From Thermoplasmatota archaeon (GTDB lineage Archaea; Thermoplasmatota; Penumbrarchaeia; Penumbrarchaeales; Penumbrarchaeaceae), in the NCBI GenBank assembly GCA_029762535.1, contig JARVGK010000012.1, forward strand, positions 1-64,000: 64,000 nucleotides of DNA. The letters are read 5' to 3'. A program made the position numbers and the translations under genes. Positions 48,637 to 57,868 of the stretch are shown here, in pieces (the first letter of the stretch is position 1; each line of letters starts with the position of its first letter). The notes under the pieces were generated by a model. That model was not told the origin of the DNA and did no database searches. It was given only the letters and a program-made list of their open reading frames with translations.

Positions 48637-49355
48637 ATCACCTCTATCTCCACGATGTCAGATATATGGAACTTCTTGGACAGATGAGGGAAGAAGCTTT
48701 TCCTACCTTCTTCGACGAGTATTCCCTGGGTCATGTCCTCCCAGCTCACTGTCCTGTTGTAACCGTCGCTGCCTATGATATTGTAAGTGTGTGAGGCCTG
48801 ATCGTTGGCTATTGTCAGGTTGATGACCTGGGACAGGTAAACGCCTTCTATGTCGTTCTCGTCGGCGTCCTTTAGCGTGACGGTATCGTCGATCATGTGG
48901 AAGGGCTGCTTCCATGTGAAGAGGTGGTCGTTCACCAATATTGTGGGGACGCTGACGGTCTCGATCTCGACCACGTTCTTGACCCTATACTTACCCGGCA
49001 GCCCTGGGAACGCGGTCATGGTATCCTCTTCCACAAGGACCCCCTTCATCATATCGTCCCAGGTGACGTCCTGATAATAATCGTCATCTGCTGTTATGCG
49101 ATACTGATGGTCCCCGGGCGAAGCGAGCCCCGTGCTGTTAACGATATTGCTGAGAGGGACACCGGTATAATCTTTACCCCCCGTGTTAACGGTAATAGTC
49201 CCGTATCCCTCGAACATCTCATCGAGCGAGATCTCCTCGCCGTTGAAGAGTATGGTCGGCCCTTGTCCCTCTTCGCTTTCAAGGCATCCGGCCACGAGAA
49301 CGGTCAAGAGGACCAAGGCCGCGGATGCCGCCAGATATATCTTTCCATCTTTCAT
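48633..49355 (-). CDS. Lipoprotein with two sulfite-oxidase/Oxidored_molyb-like domains
   Basis: Lipobox VAGC; two repeats YTGVPLS..ADDDY..V.W.D..G..PG..VK.VVEIE and GVYLS..GSDGY..V.W.D..G..ISDIVEIEV. Confidence 0.65.
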   Translation of the reverse strand: MKDGKIYLAASAALVLLTVLVAGCLESEEGQGPTILFNGEEISLDEMFEGYGTITVNTGGKDYTGVPLSNIVNSTGLASPGDHQYRITADDDYYQDVTWDDMMKGVLVEEDTMTAFPGLPGKYRVKNVVEIETVSVPTILVNDHLFTWKQPFHMIDDTVTLKDADENDIEGVYLSQVINLTIANDQASHTYNIIGSDGYNRTVSWEDMTQGILVEEGRKSFFPHLSKKFHISDIVEIEVI

Positions 49356-49356
49356 C

Positions 49357-49791
49357 TCATATCACCTCTATCTCCACTATATCCCTGACCCAGAAGGCCT
49401 TGGCCATACCTGGCAGCACGACCTTCTTCTCCTCGATGACTATGAATCCGTTACCTATGTCCTCTCCGGGCACCTCCTTGCGGTACCCGTCGGCCCCTAT
49501 GAACCTGAAGGACCTCGAACCCACGTCCTTGACCCCGGCATCCTCGAGGAGGGCCACCAGTGAGATCCCGGTCCTGCCCTCGTGCTCGATCATGGGAAGA
49601 TCTCTTTCGAGGGATCCCCAATCATACTCCTTATCGTTCACGATGAGCACATCGGTTTCCTCGGTGCTCATGGCGTTGTACACCAGAGCGCTGAACGATC
49701 CGATCAGAATTATCAGCGCAAGGACAGCAAGGATAAGATTGATCCTCGTTCCGAAGAAGCGTATCCTGCTCCCGTTTTCCTTCCCGAGCAT
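49357..49791 (-). CDS. Membrane-anchored single Oxidored_molyb-like domain protein
   Basis: N-terminal TM, TGISL..LL, GADGY, PG...FWVRDIVEIEVI; same C-terminal DIVEIEVI as the neighbour. Confidence 0.65.
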   Translation of the reverse strand: MLGKENGSRIRFFGTRINLILAVLALIILIGSFSALVYNAMSTEETDVLIVNDKEYDWGSLERDLPMIEHEGRTGISLVALLEDAGVKDVGSRSFRFIGADGYRKEVPGEDIGNGFIVIEEKKVVLPGMAKAFWVRDIVEIEVI

Positions 49792-49962
49792 ATGCCCACC
49801 TCAGAGACCATCTGGCCGCTTCGGGATAGAGATTAATCGACTATAATCTTTACCATCGGCCTCTGTCAAAACCCACATCGATATCGGTCAGGGCTGCTCC
49901 CATCAGGTCATGTTTGGGGGCTGGAATCAGCAGGATAGATGACCATCCCTCCTGATTATCGT

Positions 49963-50682
49963 TCATTTTTCCCCATCATCTTCCCGTCGATCCCAAAGGG
50001 AACCATCGATGTCCCAAGAACTCTGGAGCAACATCAGTCCGGAGACCAGGTGGAAGTAAGGGGCGATCAGAAAGACCGCGATCACGATCGTTTCCTCCTC
50101 CATGATCAGCAGGCAGAAAGAGAGGAAATAGAGTATCATCAGGTTCAGACCTATACCTATCCACAGACCCACACCTCTCCTGATGAACTGCAGCTGCAGT
50201 CCGATCCCGAGAAGGAACAGGGCGGGACCCATCATCGTAACCAGAAAGATATGTTCCGAATCCAGATGGTATGTCATGAATGGGCCCGAGATGAGTATCA
50301 AAGCTCCCGCATAAGAGATCCATCTCGCGATGCGGAAATGCCATCTATCGATCTCTCCCAAGGCATGCGTCAGCTCGTGCATCTTGAAGAGAATGAATAC
50401 CGATACCCCCATCAGGCACAGTATCATAACGACAAGTGTGATACCCATGAGCGGGTAAAGGCCCGATAGCATCATGGGATACAGCGATATATCCAGAAGG
50501 ACGATCGTTTCGATAAGGACCAATATCCCAAGGGCCAGCGTGAATACGATAAGTCCGCGATAGAGGATCCTGGACACTTTATGTGGAGGGCGGCTTACTT
50601 CTGTGATCCCGGGATCGGATATGCCCATGACCTTGGAGAGATCGTAGGATGACGAGTCCAAATGAACACCTCTTCCATCCAT
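49963..50682 (-). CDS. Hypothetical polytopic membrane protein
   Basis: 239 aa with about 6 hydrophobic segments; no family recognised. Confidence 0.6.
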   Translation of the reverse strand: MDGRGVHLDSSSYDLSKVMGISDPGITEVSRPPHKVSRILYRGLIVFTLALGILVLIETIVLLDISLYPMMLSGLYPLMGITLVVMILCLMGVSVFILFKMHELTHALGEIDRWHFRIARWISYAGALILISGPFMTYHLDSEHIFLVTMMGPALFLLGIGLQLQFIRRGVGLWIGIGLNLMILYFLSFCLLIMEEETIVIAVFLIAPYFHLVSGLMLLQSSWDIDGSLWDRREDDGEK

Positions 50683-50824
50683 CTTTCGAGCCCACGGCCC
50701 CGACCATGGGGACGACCATCCGAAGGACCATAAGGATCCTTTTCAAGGACGCGAACACATCATCCCATAACGTGCTATAAATAATCTACCAGTGCCTGGA
50801 TCCCTATATGCTGGAGGATCCCCC

Positions 50825-52324
50825 TCATCGGGATCGATATTTACCCTGCCCGGACCTCTTCTTTCGTCCGTTGGGATGGGTTCGATGTGAATTGAAGCTG
50901 TTCGATCTTTCATTCTTTCCCGGGCGGGCCCGATCCCCTCTTGGAGCATCGCGTTCGAATGCTGGTTTGGAACTTTTATTGAAAGTGTGCCTATTCTCCT
51001 GTCTTTCGGAGTGTGTCCTGTTCCTGTGGGGGGTGTCGAACACGATATCCTCCTTTATGCTCGCACCGAAGGACTGCCTCAGAAGCGCTGATACAAGGTC
51101 CTCGGCGGATCCCTGACTCAGGAGATCCCTGGCCAGGAGCCTGAATTCATCGTCTATGTCTCCGGAGCGGATCCCGTCCCTGATGGAGTTGATGCGTTTC
51201 TCCATTATCTCCTTCTTGCCGGGGACATTGACCCTCCTGATGTCGGATCCTATGAACCTGACGATGGCACCGAGCTTCCTGTTCTCGGACGGGGTCACGA
51301 AGGTTATTGCAACCCCTTTGCTGCCGGCCCTGCCGGTCCTCCCTATCCTGTGAACGTAGGATTCGGGGTTCTGGGGCATGGAATGGTTCACGACATGGGT
51401 CAGATCCTTGACATCGATGCCCCGGGCGGCCACATCCGTCGCGATCAATACCAGGACCTGCCTGTCCCTGAACCTGGCCAGTATCCTCTCCCTTGTGGGC
51501 TGGGCTATGTCCCCATGTAGACCTTCCGCTTTGTAACCCCTATCCTTGAGCCGGGCGGAGAGCGTATCCACATCCGCTCGGGTCTTGCAGAATACGATAC
51601 CGTAGAAATCCTTCTCCAGGTCCAGGATACGTGAGAGAGCCTCCTCCCTCTGCTCCGCCCGGACCTCATAATAAATCTGCTCGGTCAGATCGGTGGTCAT
51701 ATCCTTTTCTGACCTGATATATGCGCTCTCGCCCATGTATCTCGAGGCCAGCTTCTTGATCCTGTTGGGCATCGTCGCCGAGAAAAGCAGGGTTCTCTTT
51801 CTCTTGGGGGTATGACCTATGATGGTCTCTATGTCCTCTATGAACCCCATATTGAGCATCTCATCGGCCTCGTCGAGGATGAGGAACTCCATACCTTCGA
51901 GAGTAAGCCTGCCACGTCGAATATGATCGAGGATCCTCCCAGGGGTCCCCACAACGATGGAGGGCCCCGCCTTGAGGCCCCTGAGCTGGATCGAATAGGG
52001 GCTCCCTCCGTATATCGGAAGCACATCTATCGGAGCCTCCCCCTTGAGAGAATCGATCTCGGCGCATATCTGAAGGACCAGCTCCCTGGTGGGGGCGAGT
52101 ATCAATGCCTGGACATGGCCGCACGGGAAGAGTTTCTCTATAAGCGGCAGGGCGAAGGCCGCGGTCTTGCCCGTTCCGGTCTGGGCCTGGGCGATGATGT
52201 CCACTTCGTTCTTCATAAGTAGAGGGATCGCCATGGATTGGATCTCCGTGGGTTCCAGGAAACCCTTCTTTCTGAGCGTCAGAAGGTTCGCCTCCGACAG
52301 GCCCAGTTCTCTGAAATCTTTCAT
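50825..52324 (-). CDS. DEAD-box RNA helicase (CshA/DeaD-like)
   Basis: PTEIQ, AQTGTGKT, PTREL, TPGR, DEAD, SAT, ARGID, HRIGRTGRAG, basic tail; likely start MKDF at 52324. Confidence 0.96.
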   Translation of the reverse strand: MKDFRELGLSEANLLTLRKKGFLEPTEIQSMAIPLLMKNEVDIIAQAQTGTGKTAAFALPLIEKLFPCGHVQALILAPTRELVLQICAEIDSLKGEAPIDVLPIYGGSPYSIQLRGLKAGPSIVVGTPGRILDHIRRGRLTLEGMEFLILDEADEMLNMGFIEDIETIIGHTPKRKRTLLFSATMPNRIKKLASRYMGESAYIRSEKDMTTDLTEQIYYEVRAEQREEALSRILDLEKDFYGIVFCKTRADVDTLSARLKDRGYKAEGLHGDIAQPTRERILARFRDRQVLVLIATDVAARGIDVKDLTHVVNHSMPQNPESYVHRIGRTGRAGSKGVAITFVTPSENRKLGAIVRFIGSDIRRVNVPGKKEIMEKRINSIRDGIRSGDIDDEFRLLARDLLSQGSAEDLVSALLRQSFGASIKEDIVFDTPHRNRTHSERQENRHTFNKSSKPAFERDAPRGDRARPGKNERSNSFNSHRTHPNGRKKRSGQGKYRSR

Positions 52325-52559
52325 TACGAGGCCGGCCCACACAGGATGGTGTATTTATACTTGTCCTAGTTATCGGACATCAGAACTTTCCTGGGTCCCA
52401 CGCTCGGGTCTTGACGATCTCGCTTTCCTTCAAATGATCCTCGCCCCTCTTGTAGCCTACGATCCGCGGGATATATCGTTGCTCACAGGTATGAAGGACG
52501 ATCTCTGCAGATTCATGACAGCCCCTCAATGATGCTTCCAAGAGTTCTTTGCTTTTCGT

Positions 52560-52660
52560 GGTTAAAATTTTTCAATGAACATAAATAATTAAAATTTATA
52601 ACGTTAATATTTATATATTATATTTGGTCGATATAACATCACAGGACGTGAAAAGGAGGA
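52560..52660 (+). promoter_or_regulatory. Very AT-rich promoter region with TATA-like runs and AGGAGG Shine-Dalgarno for the VWA gene
   Basis: TTTATATATTATAT near 52610-52623; AAAAGGAGG at 52651-52659, about 8 nt before ATG 52668. Confidence 0.6.
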
Positions 52661-52667
52661 AAAAAAT

Positions 52668-53265
52668 ATGACATAACGGAACAGGACGGAAGTAGTGTTC
52701 ATCATCGACCGTTCCGGATCGATGGAGATGATAAAGGACGACGCCATCGGCGGGTTCAACAATTTTCTCGAGGAGCAGAGGAAGCTTCCCGGGGAGGCGA
52801 CCGTCACGCTCGTGATGTTCGATCACGAGTACGAGATCTCATACCAGAGCGTCGATCTCTTGAAGGTCGAACCTTTGACGGAGAGAACATATGTCCCCCG
52901 GGGGAACGACCGCGCTCCTCGACGCGGTGGGAAGGACGATAAACGATGTGGAGGCCAGGATGGCCAAGGCGGAGGATCGACCCGACAAGGTCATGATCTG
53001 CATCCTCACCGACGGGATGGAGAACGCATCCAGGGAGTTCAGTAAGGACAGGATAAAGGAGATGATCGAGGGCAAAAGGAAGGACCAGGGTTGGGAGTTC
53101 GCCTTCCTCGCCGCCAACCAGGATGCTTTCCAGGAAGGAGGAAACATGGGGATCGCCCTGAACATGATAGCGAAATTCGACGCGACGAAGGAGGGCACCA
53201 AAGGTGCCTTCCATCACATGAACGTGCTCACAACGGATTACCGGACCAAGGATAGGTCCAGGTGA
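52668..53265 (+). pseudogene. VWA-domain protein, disrupted (in-frame TAA at codon 3 and +1 frameshift near 52900)
   Basis: ATG ACA TAA then ...VFIIDRSGSM (MIDAS DxSxS); frame switches at CCCCCGGGGG to TTALLDAVG...ILTDGMENAS...FLAANQDA. Confidence 0.78.
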
Positions 53266-53321
53266 GAAACGCTTCTTCATTTGTTGGATCAATCGCATCG
53301 AGATGTGATCCCAATACCTGT

Positions 53322-53336
53322 TTGTTCTTTTTTTCT
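53322..53336 (+). terminator. Oligo-T tract, archaeal-type terminator candidate
   Basis: TTTGTTCTTTTTTTC about 55 nt after the VWA stop, preceded by an imperfect hairpin. Confidence 0.4.
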
Positions 53337-53431
53337 CTACATAAAATGTATTCTCATGATGGATTTCGATCCTCCAAAGGGTGGGCCCCTCCCAGAAGAG
53401 GATCCCCTCGGACACGAATCCCCTGAACATA

Positions 53432-53457
53432 TTCAATCCGACCTTGATCGGATTGAA
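53432..53457. promoter_or_regulatory. Perfect 10-bp inverted repeat (operator candidate)
   Basis: TTCAATCCGA-ccttga-TCGGATTGAA, just upstream of an AT-rich TATA-like run and the 53487 gene. Confidence 0.5.
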
Positions 53458-53486
53458 ACAATTATTTAGTTGGATGCATATACGGA

Positions 53487-55625
53487 ATGGGGATAATCAT
53501 GAGGGCCGGATGTTTGGTCACAGCAGTATCTTTGATGGTTCTGACAATGATGCCTATGGTCTCAGCCGACAATGACCCTTTGAAGGTCGTGCTTACCATA
53601 GAGGAGGAAGAGTTCGCCATAAACTCGACCATTCATTTCAAGGTCCATGTCTTTTACAGGGGAGAACCGGAGGACCCGGACGAACCTCCATGGGTCAGGT
53701 TCGGCTCTATGGGACGCAACAACATATCCGTCACCAGGATGGGAAAAGGCATCTATTCGGGCGAGGCCAAATTGATCCCCGAACTGGTCGGTGGTGATGA
53801 GTTAGTGACGCTCTGGGCTTCAGCAACAAAGGGAAAGGAAGGGGCGGAGGATAAGGTCTATGACATGAATGCGGACCCTGTCACACTTCTGGTTATGGGT
53901 ATTGGTGTGAACGTCGAATGCGAGATAGTATCCCTATCTGACAGCGTGGTCAAGGTAGGGACCAAGGCGGTCTTCAGGGCAAGGGTGATGAAGCACGGGG
54001 TTCTGTTCGATCCCGACAGCTTCGTTTTCACCCTTTTTTACAAGAACTCATCAAGGAAAAACGTCGAGGTCGAAATGCCCCATGAGAAGATATCCGTGGG
54101 AAGATACGAGACCACATTGACGGTCCCTGATGCAGGAAGTGACACGGTATTCACGGTCACAGGAGAGGCGAGGGATAACTACCAGGATTTTAGCGGGTCT
54201 GCCTCCATCTTCTATGACCCTTTGACCGTCATCTACCACATGGTGGACAGGAAGGTGTTCGATGAGGTATCCTCCCAGTATCTGACCCGGTTCGACCTGT
54301 ATGTGGGGGATGGGAACGGCGAGGTCGTCGAGGGTGCCAGGTTCGATCTCGAATACTATCCCAACTCCAACATGTACGATGCAAAGTATCTGGAGGACAT
54401 AGAACCTACGGGACCTGACGGCAGAACAAGGGTCGAGATCCCGCTGACCGATCGCATCAGGGATATCTTCGTCAAAGGAAAGGTCAAAAGCGGTGGAACG
54501 ATCCAATCATTGGGAGGGACGATATTCATCAAGGTACCGACACCTTCTACCGGGACCGGAGGCTACATCGAACCGGATGAGAGGCCTGAACCGAGAGGGG
54601 GGTATCATTCATTCTGCGCCCAGCACTCATCAGGTAGTGGCGGACAGACGTATGGATCCGGAGAGAAGGTCACAAGGAAGCTATGGGTATACAATGATTC
54701 CATCCCCTGGGCAAACAAGGAGGTCTATGTCTATATACTATCAGGAACGAACCCTGACTACACCTATAGCTGGATGTATCTCAGAAAAAGTGTGGAAGCG
54801 AGGAAGATGATGACCGATGGAAGCGGCAGGCTGAACATAACCGTTCAGACGGAAAAAGATAAGGATGTCGATCACAGGATCCATATAGTCAGTGCAACTG
54901 GAAGCCATCCGACCCTGGAGCAGCGCTTCAACCATGAGAGCAACGACGGTCTGTACTACAATAAGGCGGAGGACTATTTCTACACAAGAAAGGAGGGTAG
55001 CTCTCCAATGACCGGGGTCGAGATAGGTGATGTGAAGGCCGGGGAGACCGTCCGGATAACCTACCCCGCCGAAGATGGCGATCCCGACATCGCCGTTGCC
55101 CAATGGTTCGTCAATGTCTATGCCGAAAAGGAGGAGTACGGTGAATGGAGCGTCTGGGCTGGTCCATATTCGTACCTGACCAAAAAGGATGGAAAGTTCG
55201 AAGGTAGCTTCATGGTGCCGTCATTCATGCCCTCCGATATGGATTATCTTGTCAGAACGGAGGTTCTAACCGGGAAGGAGCCGCGGTCGGCCTATTCGAT
55301 CCCTGTTGGCGGCAAGGGGGTGGATGACGACCCAAATAACGGGAGATCTCCGTTATGCTACATATGCTGCGGTGCGGCGATCCTGATCATCCTGGTGATA
55401 GCCGTTGTAGTCGCCATCATGGTGATCTCGAAGAAGAGGAACAACGACGAGGAACCGCGGACCTCTGAGGTTGAAATGAAGGATCACATAACAGCAGGTG
55501 ACGGGATCGGAATGGAGGGAGGGAAGGAGAATGATCCCCACCCGAAAGTGGATGACGCAAATGATCAAGATAAAGATCAGGAAGATAGGGTGGATGATGT
55601 TTTGAATAAAGAGATCGAAGAGTGA
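53487..55625 (+). CDS. Exported beta-rich protein with C-terminal TM anchor and acidic cytoplasmic tail
   Basis: Signal peptide, Ig-like strands, PLCYICCG then TM, SKKR, D/E-rich tail ending EIEE. Confidence 0.8.
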   Translation: MGIIMRAGCLVTAVSLMVLTMMPMVSADNDPLKVVLTIEEEEFAINSTIHFKVHVFYRGEPEDPDEPPWVRFGSMGRNNISVTRMGKGIYSGEAKLIPELVGGDELVTLWASATKGKEGAEDKVYDMNADPVTLLVMGIGVNVECEIVSLSDSVVKVGTKAVFRARVMKHGVLFDPDSFVFTLFYKNSSRKNVEVEMPHEKISVGRYETTLTVPDAGSDTVFTVTGEARDNYQDFSGSASIFYDPLTVIYHMVDRKVFDEVSSQYLTRFDLYVGDGNGEVVEGARFDLEYYPNSNMYDAKYLEDIEPTGPDGRTRVEIPLTDRIRDIFVKGKVKSGGTIQSLGGTIFIKVPTPSTGTGGYIEPDERPEPRGGYHSFCAQHSSGSGGQTYGSGEKVTRKLWVYNDSIPWANKEVYVYILSGTNPDYTYSWMYLRKSVEARKMMTDGSGRLNITVQTEKDKDVDHRIHIVSATGSHPTLEQRFNHESNDGLYYNKAEDYFYTRKEGSSPMTGVEIGDVKAGETVRITYPAEDGDPDIAVAQWFVNVYAEKEEYGEWSVWAGPYSYLTKKDGKFEGSFMVPSFMPSDMDYLVRTEVLTGKEPRSAYSIPVGGKGVDDDPNNGRSPLCYICCGAAILIILVIAVVVAIMVISKKRNNDEEPRTSEVEMKDHITAGDGIGMEGGKENDPHPKVDDANDQDKDQEDRVDDVLNKEIEE

Positions 55626-55883
55626 ATTGGGATAAGGTCAAACTCTGAAAATCAATGATGTTATGGATCGACGATGTTCATCATTCCAATATTCGATCGC
55701 CAAATACGCCTTACTCAGGGGATCTCCCTTATTTCAAGGAGAAGCCCCCATATCGTTGTGGGGATCCCTCCCCGCAGAGGAACGATGACCAGAACTTTAA
55801 TATGTAGGTCCAATTGGTTAAATTATCAGATTAACGCAAATGAAAACCACATAAATATATACTATAATGATTATTCCGTTTGC

Positions 55884-57239
55884 ATGAACAAGGAAGAGCT
55901 CTTCATTCATCTCAAAACGAACAACTATTGGTGGTCGGGAACGCCCGTCAAGGATGAGGACAAAGGGATTTCTCGCGAATACATAGGCAACATAGAGAGG
56001 GGGTTCGAACTGGACAGGATCGTTTGCATATCGGGTATAAGGAGGTCGGGAAAGACGACCATATCCTACCAGTATATCGATCATCTCATCAAAAAGGGGA
56101 TCGATCCTGAACGTATAGTCCATGTCAAGGTCGATCTCGTTTCAAGGTACATCGACGACCTCAGGCAGATAATCTCGGCATATACGGAGCTCACGGGAGT
56201 GGATCCCCGAACAGAGGAGGTCCATCTTATCCTTGATGAGGTCCAGACGATGGAGGATTGGCAGGTCCAGGTCAAGGAGTTCATCGATATGCGTATGAAA
56301 TTGAAGACCATCGTCCTCGGTTCCTCGGTGACCTTGATGTACCTGAACGCCTCCGAGAGCCTTGCAGGCCGTATAACCTTCATCAACGTCAAACCGCTCT
56401 CCTTCCGTGAGTTCCTGACATTCGAGGGTCTTTTAATACCCCAGACAGACGATATGGTATCACTTTACAATATCCTTTTGACCGATAGGGAAAGGATACT
56501 CTATCATTTCAACGAGTACGTAAAGGCCGGAGGTTTTCCGGAATGGTTCAGGGTCAAGGACACGGAAAGGTGGTACCGGGTCCTATTCGATGAATACCTG
56601 AACCTGATACTTATGAAGGATATCGTCAGGGTCTTCAAGGTCAAGGACCCAAGACTGCTCGAGAACCTGGTCAGGGAGATCGCCCTCCTATCCTGCGAAC
56701 GATTCTCGTACAAGGGACTCGCTGACAGGCTAGATGCCGACCGTGAGACATTGAAGCTCTATCTTTACTATCTAAGATCGGCTGGCCTTGTTCACGTGAT
56801 GCAGATATACTCGAAAAAGAAGATATCCCGGGAGAGGACCGAGAAGAAGATCGCATTCTTCGACGAGGGCATGAGAAGGGCTCTCACTCTGGATTTCGAA
56901 AGCCTCAGGTTCACCGAGACGCTGGTGAACGCCCACCTGATCTCGATAGGAAAAGGATCCACGCATCTATTCGAGCCTTATTATTGGAAGAACGACTGCG
57001 AGGTGGATTTCATATACGATGACGGGAAACATCTTGTCCCGGTAGAGGTCAAGTATCGCAAAGATCCCACCGATACCAAAGGTATCGTCGAGTTCATGGA
57101 AGATCTCGACTGCAAGAGGGGTATCGTGGTTACGAAGGACCTATTTGGATCGGACGATGTGGGATTGTCGAGGACCGTGGATTACGTACCTCTGTGGTTC
57201 TTCCTGTTGTGCGACGGCAAGATGTTGGGACTATTGTGA
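55884..57239 (+). CDS. AAA_14 + DUF4143-type ATP-binding protein
   Basis: GIRRSGKTT, ILDEVQ, LGSS, ESLAGR, PLSFREF, GGFP, EVDF, PVEVKY; likely start MNKEEL. Confidence 0.9.
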   Translation: MNKEELFIHLKTNNYWWSGTPVKDEDKGISREYIGNIERGFELDRIVCISGIRRSGKTTISYQYIDHLIKKGIDPERIVHVKVDLVSRYIDDLRQIISAYTELTGVDPRTEEVHLILDEVQTMEDWQVQVKEFIDMRMKLKTIVLGSSVTLMYLNASESLAGRITFINVKPLSFREFLTFEGLLIPQTDDMVSLYNILLTDRERILYHFNEYVKAGGFPEWFRVKDTERWYRVLFDEYLNLILMKDIVRVFKVKDPRLLENLVREIALLSCERFSYKGLADRLDADRETLKLYLYYLRSAGLVHVMQIYSKKKISRERTEKKIAFFDEGMRRALTLDFESLRFTETLVNAHLISIGKGSTHLFEPYYWKNDCEVDFIYDDGKHLVPVEVKYRKDPTDTKGIVEFMEDLDCKRGIVVTKDLFGSDDVGLSRTVDYVPLWFFLLCDGKMLGLL

Positions 57240-57361
57240 TCATAGTTCTGGTTCAGGATTATGGATATTATATTTCCAGGAGGAGCATCCATATCTTTTG
57301 GGGCGGGGAGGGGATCCCTTGGGTATCGAGGCGATACTACATCCCCAAGAGGTTGAAAAAA

Positions 57362-57410
57362 TTATAAATAGTAACATTTCTATCAACTTATGTAAGATTA
57401 CAAAGGTTGA
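57362..57410 (+). promoter_or_regulatory. TATA box followed by a 28-bp near-palindromic operator
   Basis: TTATAAAT at 57362 after an A-run; TCAACTTATGTAAGATTACAAAGGTTGA (57383-57410) ends 5 nt before the ATG. Confidence 0.65.
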
Positions 57411-57415
57411 CACAT

Positions 57416-57868
57416 ATGTCAGAGAATCGGTTCGCGAACGAAGCACAGTTCATTTATTGGAACCTCAGAAGAGGAATGTTGTCGCAATCCGGCATTGCAA
57501 GAAAGTTCCATATAACAAGACAGTCGGTATCCAAATCCGTCAAGATACAGGAAAGGAATGTCGTTATACGATTGCTAGATTGCGCCCAGGTGTCCGGTAT
57601 TATGCCTACTTATTATGATCCGGTACTCGGCATCCTGATCGGCTTGATCCCTCCCCTGGGAAACCTGAGGTGCATCCTTGTGATAGACGACAAGAACGAT
57701 TCAAGGATATTCTATGACCCGGCAGCCAACCCCGACATCGACTCCAGTCTCTCTACACAAAAGGAACTGAACGGCATATTGAACACCGTATGCCTAACGA
57801 AGGATTTCGACGGGATGAACTTCGAAAAAGCGATAGATCACCTGAAGAAGATTAAGAGAGGTGTTTGA
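57416..57868 (+). CDS. HTH-containing protein, probable regulator
   Basis: SQSGIARKFHITRQSVSKSV helix-turn-helix; ATG 57416. Confidence 0.7.
   Translation: MSENRFANEAQFIYWNLRRGMLSQSGIARKFHITRQSVSKSVKIQERNVVIRLLDCAQVSGIMPTYYDPVLGILIGLIPPLGNLRCILVIDDKNDSRIFYDPAANPDIDSSLSTQKELNGILNTVCLTKDFDGMNFEKAIDHLKKIKRGV

Noticed and set aside
49792-49962. Cobalamin or Moco riboswitch ahead of the putative uptake operon
   Set aside because: No recognisable conserved riboswitch boxes by eye; an Infernal/Rfam scan would be needed.
52380-52542. ~53-codon minus-strand frame upstream of the DEAD-box gene (…EIVLHTCEQRYIPRIVGYKRGEDHLKESEIVKTRAWDPGKF)
   Set aside because: Only TTG starts, no recognisable motif; may be a gene remnant but cannot be supported.
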